From Squalus acanthias (taxonomy: Eukaryota): a DNA stretch of 64,000 bases. This document shows positions 57,798 through 64,000 of the stretch, in pieces. The DNA lies in contig CM059425.1 in NCBI GenBank assembly GCA_030390025.1, positions 165,604,001-165,668,000 on the forward strand, given 5' to 3'. The translations under genes and the position numbers were made by a program. Below the pieces are notes generated by a model, which had not been told where the DNA came from, ran no database searches, and saw only the letters and a list, made by a program, of their open reading frames with translations. Positions within the stretch are counted from its first letter, which is position 1, and the number at the start of each line of letters is the position of its first letter.

Positions 57798-58885
57798 TAC
57801 AAAAGCAAAATACTGCGGATGCTGGAAATCTGAAATAGAAACAGAAAATGCTGGAAATACTCAGCAGGTCAGGCAGCATCTGTGGAGAGAGAAACAGGAT
57901 TAAACTTTCAGGTCGATGGCTTTGTCAGAACTGGAAAAAGTTAGAGATGTAACAGATTTTAAGCAGGTGCAGAGGCAGGGAAAGGGGGGAGGGGATGAAA
58001 CTACAAAAAGGAAGGTCTGTGATAGGATGGAAAGCAGCAGTGGTTAAATGACAAAAGGGATGATGGTACAAAGCAAAAAGAGATGGTAATGGGACAAGTA
58101 AAGAAACAAAAGATGAGTCAAGAAGAGGTGTAAATAGGAATGGCAGAAACATCAAAAGCTGCCATGTGAAAAAATAGGGGCCGAGGTTATGGTCTGAAAT
58201 TGTTGAACTCGATGTTGAGTCCAGAAGGCTGTAAAGTGCCTGATAGAAAGTTGAGGTGCTGTTCCTCGAGCTTATGTTGAGCTTCGTTGGAACAGTGTAA
58301 GAGGCCGAGAACAGAGGTCAGAGTGGGAGTGGAGTGGCGAATGGAAGCTCGGGGTCACGCTTACGGACTGAATGGAGGTGTTCCGCAAAACAGTCACCCA
58401 ATCTGCATTTAGTCTCCCCAATTTAGAGGAGACTGCATCGTGAGCAGCGAATACAGTATACTAAATTGCAAGAAGTACAAGTAAATCGCTGTTTCACCTG
58501 GAAGGAGTGTTTGGGGCCCTGGACAGTGGGAAGGGAGGAGGTAAAAGGGCAGGTGTTGCATCTCCTGCGCTTGCACGGGAAGGTGCCGTGGGAAGGGATG
58601 GGTCTATTGCGGGTGATTGAGGAGTGGGCCAGGGTGTCTCGGAGGGAATGGTCCCTTCGGAGTGCTGAAAGGGGAGGTGAGGGGAAGATGTGTTTGTTGG
58701 TGGGATCATGCTGGAGGTGGCGGAAATGGCGGAGGATGACCGTTGAATGTGGAGGCTGGTGGGGTGGAAGGTGAGGACAAGGGGAACCCTATCGTGGTTC
58801 TGGGAGGGTGGGGAAGTGTGAGAGCAGAAGTGTGGGAAATGGAATAGACAGGGTTGAGGGCAATGTCAACCACGGTAGAGGTAAA
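57798..58885 (-). mobile_element. Penelope-like element 3' part (GIY-YIG endonuclease remnant + pLTR)
   Basis: Minus strand reads CKRRRCNTC...FTCTSCNLVYCIRCSRCSLL*IGETKCRLGDCFAEH; pLTR with a degenerate hammerhead at 57798-57935. Confidence 0.85.
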
Positions 58886-58899
58886 TATATTTTCCAGTT

Positions 58900-60575
58900 A
58901 ATAGAAACATAGAAAAATAGGAGCAGCAGTAGGCCATTCGGCCCTTCGAGCCTGCTCCGCCATTCAATATGATCATGGCTGATCCTCTATCTCAATACCA
59001 TATTCCCGCTCTCTCCCCATATCCCTTGATGTCTTTTGTGTCCAGCAATCTATCTATCTCCTTCTTAAATATATTCAGTGACTTGGCCTCCACAGCCTTC
59101 TGTGGTAGAGAAGTCCACAGGTTCACCACCCTCTGAGTGAAGAAATTTCTCCTCATCTCAGTCCTAAATGTCCTACCCTGTATCCTGAGACTGTGACCCC
59201 TCGTTCTCGACCACCCAGCCAGGGGAAACATCTTCCCTGAATCCAGTCAGAATTTTATACGTTTCAATGAGATCCCCTCTCATTCTTCTAAACTCTAGTG
59301 AATACAGGCCTAGTCAACCCAATCGCTCCTCATAAGACAGTCCTGCCTTCCCAGGAATCAGTCTGGTGAACCTTCGCTGCACTCCCTCTATGGCAAGTAT
59401 ATCCATTCTGCACACACTACTCCAGGTGTGGTCTCACCAAGGCCCTGTATAACTGTAGTAAGACATCCTTGCTCCAGTACTCAAATCCTCTTGCAATGAA
59501 GGCCAACATACCATTTGCCTTCCTAACTGCTTGCTGCACCTGCATGTTTGCTTTCAATGACTGGTGTACAAGGACACCCAGGTCCCTTTGTACATCAACA
59601 TTTCCCAATTTATCACCATTTAAATAATACTTTGCCTTTCTGTTTTTCCTACCAAAGTGGATAACTTCACATTTATCCATGTTATACTGCATCTGCCATG
59701 TATTTGCCCACTCACTCAACTTGTCTAAATCACCTTGAAGCCTCTTTGCATCCTCCTCACAACTCACAATCCCACCTAGTTTCGTGTCATCAGCAAATTT
59801 GGAAATATTACATTTGGTTCCTTCATCCAAATCATTGATATATATTGTGAATAGCTGGGGCCCAAGCACTGATCCCTGCGGTACCCCACTAGTCACCGCC
59901 TGCCACCCCGAAAAAGACCCATTTAATCCTATTCTCTGTTTCCTGTCTGTTAACCAATTTTCAATCCATGCCAGTATATTACCCCCAATCCCATGTGCTT
60001 TAATTTTGCACACTAACCTCTTATGTGGGACTTTATCAAAGGCCTCTGAAAATCCAAATACACCACATCCACTGGTTCTCCCTTATCTATTCTACCAGTT
60101 ACATCCTCAAAAAACTCCAGTAGGTTTGTCAAACACGATTTCCCTTTCATAAATCCATGTTGACTTTGTCTAATCCCGTTGATATTTTCTAAGTATCCTG
60201 TTATCACATCCTTTATAATAGACTCTAGCATTTTCCCTACTACTGATGTTAGGCTAACTGGTCTGCAGTTCCCCGTTTTCTCTCTCCCTCCTTTTTTAAG
60301 TAGTGGGGTTACATTTGTCACCCTCCAATCTGCAGGAACTGTTCCATAATCTATAGAATTTTGGAAGATGACAACCAATGCATCCACTATTTCCATGGCT
60401 ACCTCTTTTAGTACTCTGGGATGCAGATTATCAGGCCCTGGGGATTTATCAGCTTTCAGTCCCGTTAATTTCTCCACCACTATTTTTTTACAAATACTAA
60501 TTTCCTTTAATTCCTCCTTCTCACTAGACTCTTGGTTCCCTAGCATTTCTGGGAAATATTTGTGTCCTCTTCCTT
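58900..60575 (-). mobile_element. 5'-truncated CR1, frameshifted
   Basis: ORFs 58992-60546 carry RT motifs; tagaaaca tail. Confidence 0.9.
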
Positions 60576-60824
60576 GTATGCTTATTCGTAACTACCTTTG
60601 TTAATTTTACAGAATTATTTGCCGTGCTAATTCTTAAAGCAGGCCATGCATATTCATGGTGCCAGTGCTAACTATATCTGAGTAGAAACGCAAGTAGCAC
60701 AGTGGCTATTAGCAGGAACAAAATGTCATGCCACGTAGCTATGCTATAACCAGTTTGTCTTTTGAAATATTCCAACAAGGAATACCATATTTATGTAGAC
60801 AAGTTTGTACAATTGCATGGAACA

Positions 60825-60985
60825 AGTTGGATTTTTACAACAATCCAACAGCTTTACGGTCACTTTTACTGATACCAGTTTTTACTTTCAGATTTTAAAA
60901 AAACTGAATTCAAATTCTCAAACTGCCATGGTGGGATTGAACTCACATTCTCTGGGATTATTAGTTTGAGCCTCTGGATTACTAA
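60825..60985 (-). mobile_element. Diverged copy of the family A tRNA-like head (SINE-like)
   Basis: Similar to 6365-6530. Confidence 0.6.
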
Positions 60986-61707
60986 CAGAAAACAGAGAAT
61001 CGGGATAAATGGGTCATTTTCAGGGTGGCAATCTGTAACTAGTGGGGTGCCACAGGGATCAGTGCTGGGGCCTCAACTATTTTCAATCTATATTGATGAC
61101 TTGGATGAAGGAAGCGAGTATACTGTAGCCAAATTTGTTTCAATAAGATCACCTCTCATTCTTCTAAACTCTAGAGAATATAGGCCTAGTCTACTCAATC
61201 TCTCCTCATAGGACAATCCCCCCATCCCAGGAATCAGTCTGGTGAACCTTCATTGCACTCCCTCTATGGCAAGCATATCCTTCCTTAGGTAAGGAGACCA
61301 AAATTGTACACAATACTCCAACTGTGGTCTCACCAGGGCCCTATATAATTGCAGTAAGACGTCTTTACTCTTATACTCAAATCCTCTTGTAATAAAGGCC
61401 AACATACCATTTGCTTTCCTAATTGCTTGCTGTACCTGCATGTTAACTTTCAGTGATTCGTGTACAAGGACACCCAGGTCCCTCTGAACACCAACATTTC
61501 CCAATCTCTCACCATTTAAAAAATACTCTGCTTTTCTATTTTCCTACCAAAGTGGATAACTTCACATTTCTCCACATTATATTCCATTTGCCAAGTTCAT
61601 GCCCACTCACTTAGCCTGTCTATATCCTCTTGAAGCCTCTTTGCATCCACCTCACAACTTACATTCCCAACTAGCTTTGTATCATCAGCAAACTTGGATA
61701 TATTACA

Positions 61708-61849
61708 CGATAGCAAAATACTGCGGATGCTGGAAATCCAAAATTCTAGCATTCCGACGAAGGGTTTCGACCTGAAACGTTAACTCTGTTTCTCTCTCCA
61801 CGGATGTTGCCTGGCCTGCTGAGTTTTTCCAGCGTTTTCTGTTGTTATT
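61708..61849 (+). mobile_element. Short Penelope pLTR-derived insertion with a 14-bp TSD (sibling of 39267-39403)
   Basis: TTGGATATATTACA at 61694-61707 and 61850-61863; hammerhead core altered to CCGACGA. Confidence 0.8.
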
Positions 61850-62645
61850 TTGGATATATTACATTTGGTCCCCCCATCCAAATCATTGATATAGTTTGTA
61901 AATAGCTGAGGCCCAAGCACTGATCCTTGCGGTATCCCACTAGTTACAGCCTGCCAACCTGAAAATGACCCGTTTATTCCTACTCTCTGGTTTCTGTCCG
62001 TTAACCAATCCTCAATCCATGCTAGTGTATTAGCCCCAATCACATGAGCCCTAATTTTGTTTAATAACCTCTTGTGTGGCACCTTATCGAATGCCATCTG
62101 AAAATCCAAATATACCACATCCACTGGTTCCCCCTTATCTATTCTGCTAGTTACAACCTCAAAAAACTCTAACAGATTTGTCAAACACGATTTCCCTTTC
62201 ATAAATCCGTGTTGACTCTGCCCAATCCTATTATTATTTTCTTAGTGCCCTGTTACTACGTCCTTAATAATAGATTCTAGCATTTTCCCTACTACTGATG
62301 TCAGGCTAACTGGTCTGCAGTTCCCCGTTTTCTCTCTCCCTCCTTTCTTAAATAGTGGGGTTACATTTGATACCTTCCAATCCGTGGGAACCATTCTAGA
62401 ATCTATGGAATTTTGGAAGATGACAACCAATGCATCCACTATCTCTGTAGCCATCTCTTTCAAAACCCTAGGCTGTAGGCCATCAGGTCTAGAGGATTTA
62501 TCGGCTTTCAGTCCCATTAATTTCTCCAGTACTATTTTTTTTACTAATACTAATTTCTTTCAGTTCCTCATTCTCACCTAGACCCTTGGTTCTCCACTAT
62601 TTCCGGGAGGTTTTTTGCGTCTTCTTCCGTGAAGACAGACACAAA

Positions 62646-63483
62646 GGGCTGGTTTTTCTCAATGGAGACGTGTTGGAGGTGGGTCTTCTGGTTTCCTGGT
62701 TTCAGTCCCGCCCCCAGCGACGTCTGACCAACCCACGCTATTTTGCCTTGATTGGCCTTGTTAAGCCTGCCCTGCGGGCTTACCAGCCAATTAAGGAAAA
62801 GTCGGTGACAGATGACGTCAGTGTATGACGCTTCATCTGTCGAAAATTTTTTGACAGATGACTTGTCAGCATTTGACAGCTTTGACAACACTGACAATCT
62901 CTGTTCTAAGATGAGCCCTTGCACACAGACTCACCAAGACCTCTCTCCTCAGCAGAAAGCAGATGGCTGCTGCATCTGAGAATGCAGCAGCCATTCTGTC
63001 ATCTCTGCCGTTGAGATGAGGCATCTCCAGATCCTCAAAGGTTGAAGCCTGCAGAAAGAAGCAAAGGTAAGGAAACTTTTTCCAACACTTTACACTGACC
63101 TCTCATACTCACCTGTCCACACTTGCACCCATCACTCACCTCTACAGCTGACATTTCGACCCCTCTCACCCCACAGACCCACTGCTCGCCTCGCTGACCC
63201 TGGCGGGGTTTCCCGACATTGGGAAACCTGCATCAGCAGGCGTAAAATGGTGAAAAGCCTCTTAATTGCCTGTTAACTACCTGTTAACAGGCAGTTAATT
63301 GGCTCTAATCCCCTTCCTGCCTCGAGGAGCCAGGTCTCTGCGCGAGTCGGGGACCCGCCTACCGGGAAGATGGTTCGGAGGCGGGTTGGGAGCAGGGTTG
63401 GGACCCGCTCCCAATTTTTCCCATTTTCCCAGCAGTCCCACCTCCAAACCTGCCTCCTCAGGGCTGGTAAAATCTAGCCCCAT
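62646..63483. mobile_element. ~840-bp MITE-like element, second copy, inserted in CR1
   Basis: Termini GGGCTGGTTTTT / AAAATCTAGCCC; collinear with 26468-27314. Confidence 0.7.
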
Positions 63484-64000
63484 GTATTTGTTTAATTTCT
63501 CAGCCATTTCCTTATTCCCCATTATAATTTCTCCTGTCTCAGGCTGTAAGGGACCCACATTTACTTTCACTAATCTTTTCCTTTTTACATACCTATAGAA
63601 GCTTTTACAGTCTCTTTTTATGTCTCTCGCTAGTTTACTCTCATATTCTATTTTCCCTTTCTTCATCAATTTCTTGGTCCTCCTTTGCTGAATTCTAAAA
63701 TTCTCCCAATCCTTCGGCTTACTTCTCTTTTTGGCAACATTATAAGCCTCTTCCTTTGATCTAATACTATCTTTAACTTCTCTTGTTAGTCACGGTTGGA
63801 CCTCTTTTCCTGTGGGGTTTTTGTGCCTTAATCGAATGTATATTTGGGTGGAGAAATGTTGGATAAATGCATAAACGCAGCTTCTATCAATCAATCTCCT
63901 GCTGAAGTTATGGCAGCGATTGGGAGAATCCCGGAGGAATGCCCGATTACTGAGTTAAACACAACAGGCGTGCAAATGCCATCGCTGAGTGAGATAATAA

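Larger units (their letters stand above)
60980..63845 (-). mobile_element. CR1 ORF2 fragment (short + strand piece at 60980-61137) with nested insertions
   Basis: RT motifs in ORFs 61250-63669. Confidence 0.85.

Overview
This is repeat-dense vertebrate genomic DNA with no recognisable host exon. The repeat set (CR1 with (TTTCTATG)n-type tails, Deu-domain tRNA-SINEs, Tx1, Penelope, Harbinger) suggests a cartilaginous fish (inference). The standout is a very young, intact 9.4-kb LTR element at 16549-25933. It has ~1.67-kb near-identical LTRs, a CCTG target-site duplication (TSD), an 18-nt tRNA-Arg PBS and a polypurine tract. It carries an open gag with CCHC and overlapping PSAP/PPxY late domains, ending in a UGA-CUAG read-through stop. 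That stop leads in frame into a protein that sits in the pol position but has no protease, RT or integrase motifs. An open 783-aa env follows, combining an Ig-like domain with a paramyxo/baculovirus-F-type fusion protein. The element sits inside a full-length CR1, which sits inside a Tx1 element. The window also holds single-ORF LINEs with a tRNA-like Pol III head, ~140-bp hammerhead-carrying Penelope-derived insertions with 13-14 bp TSDs, Harbinger remnants and MITEs, and two minisatellites. All family calls come from motif recognition by eye; no searches were run, and boundaries of degenerate repeats are approximate.
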